Below are positions 20,685-28,704 of a stretch of DNA of 64,000 nt, piece after piece. Position 1 is the first letter of the stretch, and each line of letters starts with the position of its first letter. Under the pieces are notes generated by a model that had not been told where the DNA came from, made no database searches, and worked only from the letters and a program-made list of their open reading frames with translations. Made by a program: the position numbers and the translations under genes. The stretch comes from Candidatus Thorarchaeota archaeon (GTDB lineage: Archaea > Asgardarchaeota > Thorarchaeia > Thorarchaeales > Thorarchaeaceae): assembly GCA_011364905.1 (NCBI GenBank), contig RDNZ01000002.1:37994-101993 (forward strand), in the 5' to 3' direction.

Positions 20685-20735
20685 CAGGTAAAACAGCTCT
20701 GCAGGCTGTCGCGTAAGCTTCTCCGCCAAACTGAC
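20660..20735 (-). tRNA. tRNA-Cys(GCA) full-length degenerate copy, probable pseudo-tRNA
   Basis: 76 nt, 3 substitutions relative to 23969..24044. The acceptor 5' strand GTCAGTT gives a U2-G71 wobble and an A4-C69 mismatch. Confidence 0.8.
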
Positions 20736-20843
20736 TTGGATGGTTTGTTGGATTAGCCTATTTACTAAAAATGATGTTGGCAAAAGCTGAAGGCAATTCT
20801 TCTAGGTTGATGATTTGCATCAATTTACCCATAGGCAAGACTT

Positions 20844-22289
20844 TCAAAGACGAACCAGTAACCAGAGATAGTACCCCGGATTAAAGGTATAGACACCAAT
20901 GGGACTATAAAGAGAGAATGATGGATCATTCACGAGTGCAATTTCCTGAGCGATAAATGGGACAATAGTCGTATCACTTGAGCTCACGATGACTAAATAG
21001 TCAGGTTCCAAGTTGTAGACGTAATCAGGATTGTATCCCGATTTATTGAATACTTCGGGTGTCAGTAATCCATACGTATCTATTGTTCGAAGTTTTGAGT
21101 AAAAAGGAATTGCGCCAACGTCGCTAACAGCAATCACTGAGTCAGGCGGAGCATTTTCGAATAGATACTTCCCAATTTGGATATGTGCATTTTCTAGGCT
21201 TTGACCATATGCCAGTGCGTGATCAGAAACAGCTCCAATTCTCGAAACAGGTGCAAAAAGAATAATCATAATTGGTATAACATATCTAAGACGCCACAAT
21301 AGTTGATAGAATTCCTGTAAGTTATGCGTAATTCTTGGTTCAACTTTTTTCGCAATTGTATATAACCTAATTCCAAATTCAGTGCTTAGGATTACAAGGG
21401 GGACAATTGCAGGGAATAGGAATCTGAAATCATAAGCCATGATGGGTTCCCAGATCCATGTGACAAGAACTAAAGCAACCAATAAGACAAGGTTTCGCAG
21501 TGTTGGTAAATTCGGCTTTTCGATTTCTATCAAAGACATAGCCATTGCAAAGAATAATGGAATGAAATACAGAATGAATTGAAATGATGTATAAATAGAG
21601 AGTCGGGATAAAAAGCCAACAGTCTTGAATGCTGTAGGGGATGAAAACAGTGTTCCGAAATACAGCAAACGGCCTATCTGAAAAACGACAATTGGAATAC
21701 CGACTACAATACTCGAAATGAAACTATCCCTATTTCTATGGTACAAAATATCCAGTGAAAGCATTGCCAAAACAATTAATGAGCCTTCTGTCCGAGTGAT
21801 AGCTACAAAGAAGGCGAATATCAATCTTTCAAAAAGACTATGATCATATCGCCATATCAACAGAACGATAAACAGCATATAGGTGGCTGTTTCCATTCCG
21901 GAAATGCTGTGAACACCTGAAGCAGGGATAACGGCCAGTAACAGAGGAGGAATAAAAGCATACTCCCGAGAGAAGTTCTGCAGGGTTATTCGATTGAGGA
22001 CAATTAAGATTGCGTGAAATGAAATGATCCCTAAAAACTTTGAGACAACTACTAAATCTGCTCCGAAAAAGGCAAATGGAGCAAGTAAGACTGTCAAGAA
22101 GAAGGTTGAAGAACCTTCGAGGGGCGCATCACCTATGTTCCACACAAACTGACCAGTTTTGGCAAGGTTTTCTGCAAATCTAAATGTAATGAATGCGTCA
22201 TCAACGGTAAATTGATACATCAGTATTTGATAAGCGAGAAGAATTACATGTGGAATGAAATTTCGTAGTTGCATGCGCCTACATCCCAA
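20844..22289 (-). CDS. GT-C superfamily membrane glycosyltransferase-like protein (AftB/ArnT-like)
   Basis: VDDAFITFRFAENLA..G..VWN.G..PLEGSST, SGMET, TRTEG, DVGAIPFYS..RTIDTYGL; many TMs. Confidence 0.75.
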   Translation of the reverse strand: MGCRRMQLRNFIPHVILLAYQILMYQFTVDDAFITFRFAENLAKTGQFVWNIGDAPLEGSSTFFLTVLLAPFAFFGADLVVVSKFLGIISFHAILIVLNRITLQNFSREYAFIPPLLLAVIPASGVHSISGMETATYMLFIVLLIWRYDHSLFERLIFAFFVAITRTEGSLIVLAMLSLDILYHRNRDSFISSIVVGIPIVVFQIGRLLYFGTLFSSPTAFKTVGFLSRLSIYTSFQFILYFIPLFFAMAMSLIEIEKPNLPTLRNLVLLVALVLVTWIWEPIMAYDFRFLFPAIVPLVILSTEFGIRLYTIAKKVEPRITHNLQEFYQLLWRLRYVIPIMIILFAPVSRIGAVSDHALAYGQSLENAHIQIGKYLFENAPPDSVIAVSDVGAIPFYSKLRTIDTYGLLTPEVFNKSGYNPDYVYNLEPDYLVIVSSSDTTIVPFIAQEIALVNDPSFSLYSPIGVYTFNPGYYLWLLVRL

Positions 22290-22389
22290 TTACGAGCTTT
22301 TCTTATCTTGCGCGATGGAACTTGCACATAATTTAACTTTTCCCAGTCTCTAGGCAACTGTATATAGAAAAGGGAGAACTCAATGATTC

Positions 22390-22414
22390 GCGTGCCCTCC
22401 TTTGCTGGGCACGC
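22390..22414. other. GC-rich perfect hairpin (8-bp stem, 9-nt loop)
   Basis: GCGTGCCC-TCCTTTGCT-GGGCACGC between the methyltransferase fragment and the GT-C gene. Confidence 0.6.
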
Positions 22415-22443
22415 AAAAGTCAAGCTGATACAAGTGGCATTAG

Positions 22444-22641
22444 TTATCTGTGGCGATACTTCCTGAGGAAGGCTATGCCATCTGTGCCATTTGTTTCATT
22501 TGAGCCAACACTGAATAGTAAAGCTCCACCTCTAATCAGTAATCGATGAAAGTCCATGAAAAGACGGAGGTGCATGGTCCTTGGGATACGAAAGACCGCA
22601 TATGTCGAAACGATACCATCAAATGTTTCGTTATAACACAT
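22444..22641 (-). pseudogene. Truncated class I SAM-dependent methyltransferase (central fragment only)
   Basis: TFDGIVSTYAVFRIPR...FHRLLIRGGALLFS matches the post-motif-II core; motif I is missing and the 5' end abuts repeat copy 2. Confidence 0.7.
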
Positions 22642-22722
22642 ATTACCCTATACTAGGTTGATGGTCGCTTACTAATAATTCGTACGTCAAGAAGAAATGG
22701 AGCAGGCTCTGGGAATTGCACC
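22641..22722 (-). repeat. 82-bp direct repeat, copy 2, containing a 25-nt tRNA-Cys 3' fragment (22698..22722)
   Basis: Minus strand GGTGCAATTCCCAGAGCCTGCTCCA is the T-arm to CCA with 2 substitutions, plus the same 57-nt flank as copy 1. Confidence 0.9.
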
Positions 22723-22754
22723 TTGAGGAATCGGTTTACAACTCAGATTCAATT

Positions 22755-23930
22755 TCAAAGCTCGAGTCGTAGTATTTCTTGGAATTTTGGTAACTCCTTA
22801 ATCGATGCCAAATCACGATCATTTAATGCGGTGCTTTTCAGCCTTTCATCAAGTCTAATGGACCTCTCTAAGAATTGCAGAGCATCATCAGTTTCACCAA
22901 GTTTGCACAAGGCACAAGCTTTGTTGTAGATGATATTAGCATCATCTTCTTTCAGTTTAAGAGCTTCATCCAGCGATGTTAATGCATCAGCATCTCGATT
23001 CAGTTCCATCAACGCAAATCCATGCTCAGCCCAAGCTTCCCAGTCCTTCGGATGTGATATTGTTAGTTCACGTAGTTGGACCTCAGCCTCTTCATTTCTA
23101 GCGAGTCTCAATAATGTTCTACTATGCAATAGTTTCCCATCATAGTGATTCGAATCAAGCTCTACAACTTTTCTAAATGCTACTTCAGAAGCGAAAAGAA
23201 ATCCACCTCGAGCAAAACCCTGTCCTCTGGCAAACCACGCTTGTGGGTTTTTCGGATCTTTTTCAATTTCAGGCATTGTTACTTGATCCATAATCCGGTA
23301 CGAATCCTCTCTTTGAATAATAGTTGCCAGTCTGATATTGACCATATTCTGGTGATATGTATCAATACCCTTGATTTTGGCTGCTTTCTGAAGAATGTCT
23401 TTTGCTTCAGCATATCTCTCCATATATTGCAGATATTTACCAAGAGTGTGGAATGCATCGAAGTTCTTTTTGTTCAGTTTAATCACTTTGCGAATTATCT
23501 CTTCAGCTTCATTGAATTGACCTTTTTCAAAAAGCAAAAGACTTAGTCCTTTGAGTGCCTCCTCATCTTTGGGGTTTTCACTGATAGATTGTCGATATTC
23601 GTCCTCAGTTGGAGTTTTTTCAACCTCGACAACCTCATCAGTATCAGGTACATTCTGGAGTAGCATCTTCATTGTAAACACTGCAAAACCTACATCTCCA
23701 AGAGCTTCCGCTTTGGATATGGCTTGTTTTGCCTCACGCAAGCGGCCTAGATCTTGTAGAGTTTGTGCGAGACCTACCCATGCAGTTGAGTAGTTCGGAT
23801 TTATCTCAATTGCTTTTCGAAATTTGGATTCAGCGGCTGAAAACTTTTCTGTCTTCAGTAATTCATAGCCCTCATTAGCTAAATCTTCTGAACTGTTCAC
23901 CATCACAACAACTCCCAGTTTGATAGACAA
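22755..23930 (-). CDS. Tetratricopeptide repeat protein
   Basis: Multiple TPR units (AW..LA..L..LGR..EA; IIYNKACALCKLGETDDAL.FLERSI.LD). Confidence 0.88.
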   Translation of the reverse strand: MSIKLGVVVMVNSSEDLANEGYELLKTEKFSAAESKFRKAIEINPNYSTAWVGLAQTLQDLGRLREAKQAISKAEALGDVGFAVFTMKMLLQNVPDTDEVVEVEKTPTEDEYRQSISENPKDEEALKGLSLLLFEKGQFNEAEEIIRKVIKLNKKNFDAFHTLGKYLQYMERYAEAKDILQKAAKIKGIDTYHQNMVNIRLATIIQREDSYRIMDQVTMPEIEKDPKNPQAWFARGQGFARGGFLFASEVAFRKVVELDSNHYDGKLLHSRTLLRLARNEEAEVQLRELTISHPKDWEAWAEHGFALMELNRDADALTSLDEALKLKEDDANIIYNKACALCKLGETDDALQFLERSIRLDERLKSTALNDRDLASIKELPKFQEILRLEL

Positions 23931-23968
23931 CTACGCACCAGTTGATAAATACTTCGAACAAAATAAGA

Positions 23969-24044
23969 TGGAGCCGGCTCTGGGATTTGCACCCAGGTAA
24001 AACAGCTCTGCAGGCTGTCGCGTAAACTTCTCCGCCAAACCGGC
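23969..24044 (-). tRNA. trnC: tRNA-Cys (anticodon GCA), intact, CCA encoded
   Basis: Cloverleaf folded by hand: acceptor GCCGGTT/AGCCGGC, D stem GCG/CGC, anticodon stem ACAGC/GCTGT with loop CT-GCA-GA, T stem CTGGG/CCCAG, U73 discriminator (the Cys identity element), then CCA. Confidence 0.93.
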
Positions 24045-24092
24045 TCAGCTGAGGTTTTTGTCACATTATTAGTTTTAAGGATGTCGGCAAAA
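24045..24092 (-). promoter_or_regulatory. tRNA-Cys leader and putative BRE/TATA promoter
   Basis: Minus strand TTTTGCCGACATCCTTAAAA about 30 nt upstream of the mature 5' end; the motif recurs in three other copies. Confidence 0.65.
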
Positions 24093-24186
24093 TCTGCGTC
24101 TATCTAATTGACAGTTATTTCATTGAGTACTGCGGAAAGTTTTTCATCTTGGATACAGTCTGGTTACTTCATTTGAGGGGCAATCT

Positions 24187-25737
24187 ATGTCGAAATTTCC
24201 AGAGCTCCATCCTGTCAATATTGGAATGTTGTTGACTAGGAATTCTCAATATCGCCCAAATCATCTTGGAATAATTGTTGAGAACATCCGACTTTCATAT
24301 CAGGAGTTTAACAGGGGTGTCAATCGCGTAGCCAATATGCTATGTGGTTTAGGTGTAGGAAAGGGAGATAAAATTGCAATTGTCCTGCCTAATTGTTTTG
24401 AATTGCTTGAACTGTATTGGGCAATAGCTAAACTCGGTGCAGTATCTGTACCCCTAAGTACATTACTCATGAGTCGAGGATTTAGATCACTCATCAATGA
24501 TTCTGATGCCAAGATAGTCGTAACAAGTTCTCAATATATGAGCATTCTAGAAGAGATTAAACATAAATTGACTGATGTTGAGGACTTTATTCTCATTGAT
24601 GACTCTTCAAATTCGGAGTATAAAGACTATCAATCACTCAAGGCAGAGGCCAGCGATAAAGAGCCTGATGTTGAAGAAATAGATGAAAATGACCCCTATA
24701 ATATCATCTATAGTAGCGGAACAACTGGATTGCCAAAGGGCATCGTGCTCTCGCATTACGTCCGGGCGTATTATGCCACTCTATTTGCATCAAGCTTCAG
24801 AATGACACCTGAAAACGTAATCATTCATTCGGGCTCTATTGTGTTTAATGGAGCCTTTGTTACTATGATGCCTGCGATGTTACTTGGATCAACATTTATT
24901 CTAAAACTCAAGTTTGATGCCCAAGAATTTATTGAAACAGTCCAACGTGAAAAGGTCACTCATGTGATTATGGTTCCTTCACAATTAATTGCCATCCTAA
25001 ATGCTCCGAACTTCTCGGTCGAGGCTCTGGAATCTTTAGAAATGATCTGCTCTGTTGGTGCGCCATTACTTATGGATGTCAAGGAAAAGCTCAATCAGCT
25101 CCTGCCAAATCGGTTTTACGAGCTCTATGGACTAACAGAAGGTTTCCTAACAGTTTTGGACAGAACGCATACTGCCAACAAGCTGCAATCGGTAGGTATT
25201 CCTCCACCTTTCTTCAAAATGCGAATTGTAAATGAAAATGATGAGGATGTTCCGGTTGGAGAGATTGGGGAAATTATAGGAAAAGGACCCACATTGATGA
25301 CAGAATACTATAAACGCCCGGACATAACCACAGAGGCAATGAGGGATGGGTGGCTCCATTCTGGGGATTTAGGTTATCTTGATGATGATGGTTTTCTCTA
25401 TTTGGTTGATCGGAAAAAAGACATGATTATTTCTGGTGGAGTAAATGTCTATCCAAAAGATATCGAGGAGGTCGTGGCGCAACATCCATCTGTGAAGGAA
25501 GTCGCAGTCTTTGGAATTCCAAACGAAAAATGGGGAGAGGCTTCTGTAGCAGCTGTTATACTACGAGACCCATTGTCGATAACAACAGAGGAACTAAGGA
25601 AATGGGTCAATGAGAGGGTTGGAGCGAAGTTTCAGAGAGTTCAACATGTTCTCATTGTCGATGATTTTCCCCGCAGTATATCAGGAAAGATACTCAAACG
25701 AGAACTACGTGAAACATTTCCAGATGGAACACCATAG
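24187..25737 (+). CDS. AMP-dependent acyl-CoA synthetase (class I adenylate-forming enzyme)
   Basis: IIYSSGTTGLPKG, YGLTEG, WLHSGDLG, DRKKDMIISGGVNVYP, SGKILKRELR. Confidence 0.93.
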   Translation: MSKFPELHPVNIGMLLTRNSQYRPNHLGIIVENIRLSYQEFNRGVNRVANMLCGLGVGKGDKIAIVLPNCFELLELYWAIAKLGAVSVPLSTLLMSRGFRSLINDSDAKIVVTSSQYMSILEEIKHKLTDVEDFILIDDSSNSEYKDYQSLKAEASDKEPDVEEIDENDPYNIIYSSGTTGLPKGIVLSHYVRAYYATLFASSFRMTPENVIIHSGSIVFNGAFVTMMPAMLLGSTFILKLKFDAQEFIETVQREKVTHVIMVPSQLIAILNAPNFSVEALESLEMICSVGAPLLMDVKEKLNQLLPNRFYELYGLTEGFLTVLDRTHTANKLQSVGIPPPFFKMRIVNENDEDVPVGEIGEIIGKGPTLMTEYYKRPDITTEAMRDGWLHSGDLGYLDDDGFLYLVDRKKDMIISGGVNVYPKDIEEVVAQHPSVKEVAVFGIPNEKWGEASVAAVILRDPLSITTEELRKWVNERVGAKFQRVQHVLIVDDFPRSISGKILKRELRETFPDGTP

Positions 25738-25761
25738 CAGCTTCACTTGATACGCCATAGT

Positions 25762-26607
25762 TCAATCGAAATTATTTTTCAGCCAATCTATTAAAGAGGG
25801 CGAGCACATAGCGTGTGTTTCTGCATGTTTCGCTCCAGGAATAACTTGAAATTCCTTGTTTTTACTAGGGACTTCATCAAAGAACGCACGTGCTGTTTCG
25901 ATAGAGAAAATCTCATCTTTTTCACCAATGCCAACGAGAACTGGGAAATCCAAATGCTCGGGAAATCGAAACTTCTTCATGAATCGTTGTGCATTAAGAT
26001 AATTCAGGAATCTTGGTGAATATTTGAAATTGAATAAAGGATCCTCTTTACCTATAATGCCCTCCCGTTTATATTCCATGACTGGGCGGTTGTAAGCAAA
26101 AATCATTTTTCCTATTGTCTTCAATTTCTCGCCTGTTGACATTTGGGGGAATGCGCCAGGCTTAATTTCTCGCCCAATACTCAGAAGAATAAGTCCAGAG
26201 ATATGTTCTGCACAATGATTCAGCCCTTCTTCAAGTACAACCAGGTTTCCCAGACTGCTGCCAACCAGAATAACTCCTGAAAATTCCTGGTTTTTTACAA
26301 ACATGATAGTTTCACAAACATCATTCACGAGTCTTTCCTTACTCGGATAATCACCCCTAACACCATCAGAAAGACCATGACCACGCAGATCGAGACCAAA
26401 TACGGAAAATCCAGCATCTGAGAGTGGACTTCCTAGCGAATCGTAGGGCTCACTATATGCGGTTATTCCGTGAAAAATGATAATTGCCGTCTTTGACGGA
26501 ACTGAGGGTTTCCATTCACGCAGGAACAGAACTTTACCATCTGTTGTATGAATTAGGTGATGGGGTTTATCAAATTCTGCTCTAAGCTTCACAACATCAA
26601 TATCCAT
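25762..26607 (-). CDS. Alpha/beta hydrolase (lysophospholipase-like)
   Basis: FHGITAYS, DLRGHGLS, nucleophile GSSLG, Asp in GEKDE, His in GAKH. Start set at ATG 26607 because the longer ORF runs into the tRNA fragment. Confidence 0.88.
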   Translation of the reverse strand: MDIDVVKLRAEFDKPHHLIHTTDGKVLFLREWKPSVPSKTAIIIFHGITAYSEPYDSLGSPLSDAGFSVFGLDLRGHGLSDGVRGDYPSKERLVNDVCETIMFVKNQEFSGVILVGSSLGNLVVLEEGLNHCAEHISGLILLSIGREIKPGAFPQMSTGEKLKTIGKMIFAYNRPVMEYKREGIIGKEDPLFNFKYSPRFLNYLNAQRFMKKFRFPEHLDFPVLVGIGEKDEIFSIETARAFFDEVPSKNKEFQVIPGAKHAETHAMCSPSLIDWLKNNFD

Positions 26608-26615
26608 ACAAATAC

Positions 26616-26688
26616 CACGCAACCTACTCCGCCAGACCGGCTCTGCTGAATGGCATCTCAAATTCGAGATTTAAGGATGCCGGCAAAA
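26616..26688 (-). repeat. tRNA-Cys 5' fragment (about 26 nt) with leader and promoter
   Basis: Minus strand TTTTGCCGGCATCCTTAAA...CAGCAGA-GCCGGTCTGGCGGAGTAGGTTGCGTG is collinear with 24019..24092, spacing conserved to within 1 nt. Confidence 0.82.
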
Positions 26689-26772
26689 GGGGCGTGTACC
26701 TATCAAAATTTAGTTGGATAACTTGTGTGAAAGACTGAAATAAGCTAAACTGAATGAAGGAGATGATATAAT

Positions 26773-27645
26773 ATGCAAATAGGTCTACAAATTCCTAGCT
26801 TTACATGGCCTGGTGAAATAAGAGCAACATTGAGCGAAATCGCAAGGACTGCTGAAAAGGCAGGATTTTCCAGTATTTGGGTCATGGACCACTTCTTTCA
26901 GTTAGAAATGTTTGGTGATGCTACTCAGCCAATGTTAGAAGCGTATAGCACCCTGAACTATATAGCTGCACAAACTAGCAAAGTAAAGTTAGGTACATTA
27001 GTAACAGGAGTTGTTTATCGTCATCCAGGTGCATTAATTAAAACTGTTACTACATTGGATGTTTTATCAGGTGGAAGGGCATATTTTGGTGTGGGAGCTG
27101 CCTGGTATGAAAGAGAGGCACGAGGATTGGGACTGCCTTTTCCGAAAATTCAGCACCGATTTGAAATGTTAGAAGAAACCTTGCAAATAGCAAAGCAAAT
27201 GTTCTCAGGAAAACGAGACCCATACAATGGAAAACATCATCAATTAGCTGAACCAATAAACAGTCCGCAGCCGCTCTCAAAACCACATCCTAAGATATTG
27301 ATAGGAGGAATGGGTGAGAAAAAGACTCTACGGCTCGTAGCTCTATATGCTGATGCATGCAATTTATTCGCTTATGCGGGTCTTGATGCAATCAATCACA
27401 AACTTAAGGTCTTGAAAAAGCATTGTGAAACCATTGGAAGACCATACGATGAAATAGAACGCACCGCATTGAGTACAGTGGATTTGTCTGCGGGAAATAT
27501 GTCAACTAAGGACGTTATAGGAATGTGCAAAGGACTGGCAAATGAGAGTATTGAACATGTTATTCTCAACATGCCAAATGTACATGAGATAACCCCACTC
27601 GAGAAGTTTGGAGAAGAAATCATTCCCGCTGTCGCAGACTTTTGA
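26773..27645 (+). CDS. LLM class F420-dependent oxidoreductase
   Basis: AEKAGFSSIWVMDHFFQ, LGTLVTGVVYRHP, LDVLSGGRAYFGVGAAW, PKILIGGMGEKKTLRLVA. Confidence 0.92.
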   Translation: MQIGLQIPSFTWPGEIRATLSEIARTAEKAGFSSIWVMDHFFQLEMFGDATQPMLEAYSTLNYIAAQTSKVKLGTLVTGVVYRHPGALIKTVTTLDVLSGGRAYFGVGAAWYEREARGLGLPFPKIQHRFEMLEETLQIAKQMFSGKRDPYNGKHHQLAEPINSPQPLSKPHPKILIGGMGEKKTLRLVALYADACNLFAYAGLDAINHKLKVLKKHCETIGRPYDEIERTALSTVDLSAGNMSTKDVIGMCKGLANESIEHVILNMPNVHEITPLEKFGEEIIPAVADF

Positions 27646-27684
27646 GATCATAAAAGGTGAGAGAATCTTTCACATGGATTTTAA

Positions 27685-27732
27685 CTCAGCTGAGTGAAGA
27701 CACTTTAGACTGGATTTGAGGAAGTCGGCAAA
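27685..27732 (-). repeat. Promoter/leader-only remnant of the tRNA-Cys unit
   Basis: CTCAGCTGAG (10/10), exactly 20 nt, then TTTGAGGAAGTCGGCAAA (16/18), compared with 24044..24091. Confidence 0.7.
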
Positions 27733-27770
27733 GTGGCAAGCAGTATGGATGAAAGTTTGTTACATTCATT

Positions 27771-28616
27771 TCATTTCTCTTGAAGTCCGAATCCACTTTC
27801 CATAAGTTCCAAGAGTTTGGCGACGAATCGTGTAGCAGGAGCACCATAAGAAACCTCCTCATCAAACATCACAGTTAGATTGAGGAATTCGCCGATATTA
27901 TCTTGATTCATTGGGTTTCTTGGTTTCTTAGAGATGCCACCTAATGCAAACACAACTGGGTGTAAACCAACAGGAATCGCCCAGCCTCCACCTTTTCCGA
28001 ACATTCCTATAGCTGTTACCCCAATTGTACCCATCATTTTTTTCCTCAAGAATGGATCTGATCTGAATTTTCGCCAGAAGAGTTTTCTAAATGGGCCCGG
28101 GAGACGACGAAGGCTACTATCTGAGGAAGATTTCCTTTTTCCAGAAACAATGCTATCACCAGAGTCAGCCTTTTGAGCTTGGCGAATCTCATCATGAATT
28201 TGTCTGAAACTCTTTTCACTTGCCTTCCGGACACAATATTGAGTTGGAATCTTCCCCGCTTTCGTTTCTTTTTCAACAATCATTCCAACATCAACATCAT
28301 CGAATATGACAAGCTTCTTTTTCCCTTTTCTGAGAGCTTGAACCTCTATATGTTCGCTGACTGCTTGACTAACACATTTTATCACCCAAGCTGTGAAAGA
28401 CATCTTCTCCCCTGTTCTTTCTTCTATCTCAGAAATAAACGTCCGAGCTTGTGTTACATCAACTTCTACTAATCCGTAGATACGATGTTTTGGTGCTAAG
28501 TTGTTAAGTAACTCTATGGGCAACGTGAATCTGTGTGTTATTTCCCTAAATGAAATGTCATTCCTTTCTTTAGCTGCTTCATCTAATTCTTGACTTCTTA
28601 AATTCATGAAGAACAA
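27771..28616 (-). CDS. Stand-alone 2-oxoacid dehydrogenase E2-like acyltransferase catalytic domain, catalytic His absent
   Basis: GLVEVDVT, MSFTAWVIKCVSQAV, VDVGMIVE, GTIGVTAIGMFG; C-terminal FDEEVSYGA in place of the usual DHRxxDG; no lipoyl domain. Confidence 0.82.
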   Translation of the reverse strand: MFFMNLRSQELDEAAKERNDISFREITHRFTLPIELLNNLAPKHRIYGLVEVDVTQARTFISEIEERTGEKMSFTAWVIKCVSQAVSEHIEVQALRKGKKKLVIFDDVDVGMIVEKETKAGKIPTQYCVRKASEKSFRQIHDEIRQAQKADSGDSIVSGKRKSSSDSSLRRLPGPFRKLFWRKFRSDPFLRKKMMGTIGVTAIGMFGKGGGWAIPVGLHPVVFALGGISKKPRNPMNQDNIGEFLNLTVMFDEEVSYGAPATRFVAKLLELMESGFGLQEK

Positions 28617-28704
28617 TCCTCTCAGTTGAAACCAAATTAATGCATGATATCATCAGACACTTTTTTCGCAGGTTCGAGGTCATTGGTGAAGGGGATATTA
28701 AAAT

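Noticed and set aside
22698-26641. Split-tRNA interpretation of the 5' fragment (D) and 3' fragment (B)
   Set aside because: Together they lack the whole anticodon arm, B begins mid T-stem, no complementary leader/trailer sequences were seen, and an intact tRNA-Cys is present.
20603-27733. CRISPR array or classical integron reading of the repeats
   Set aside because: The units are tRNA-derived, unequal in length and kilobases apart; no cas genes, integron integrase or attC-like R/L boxes were seen.
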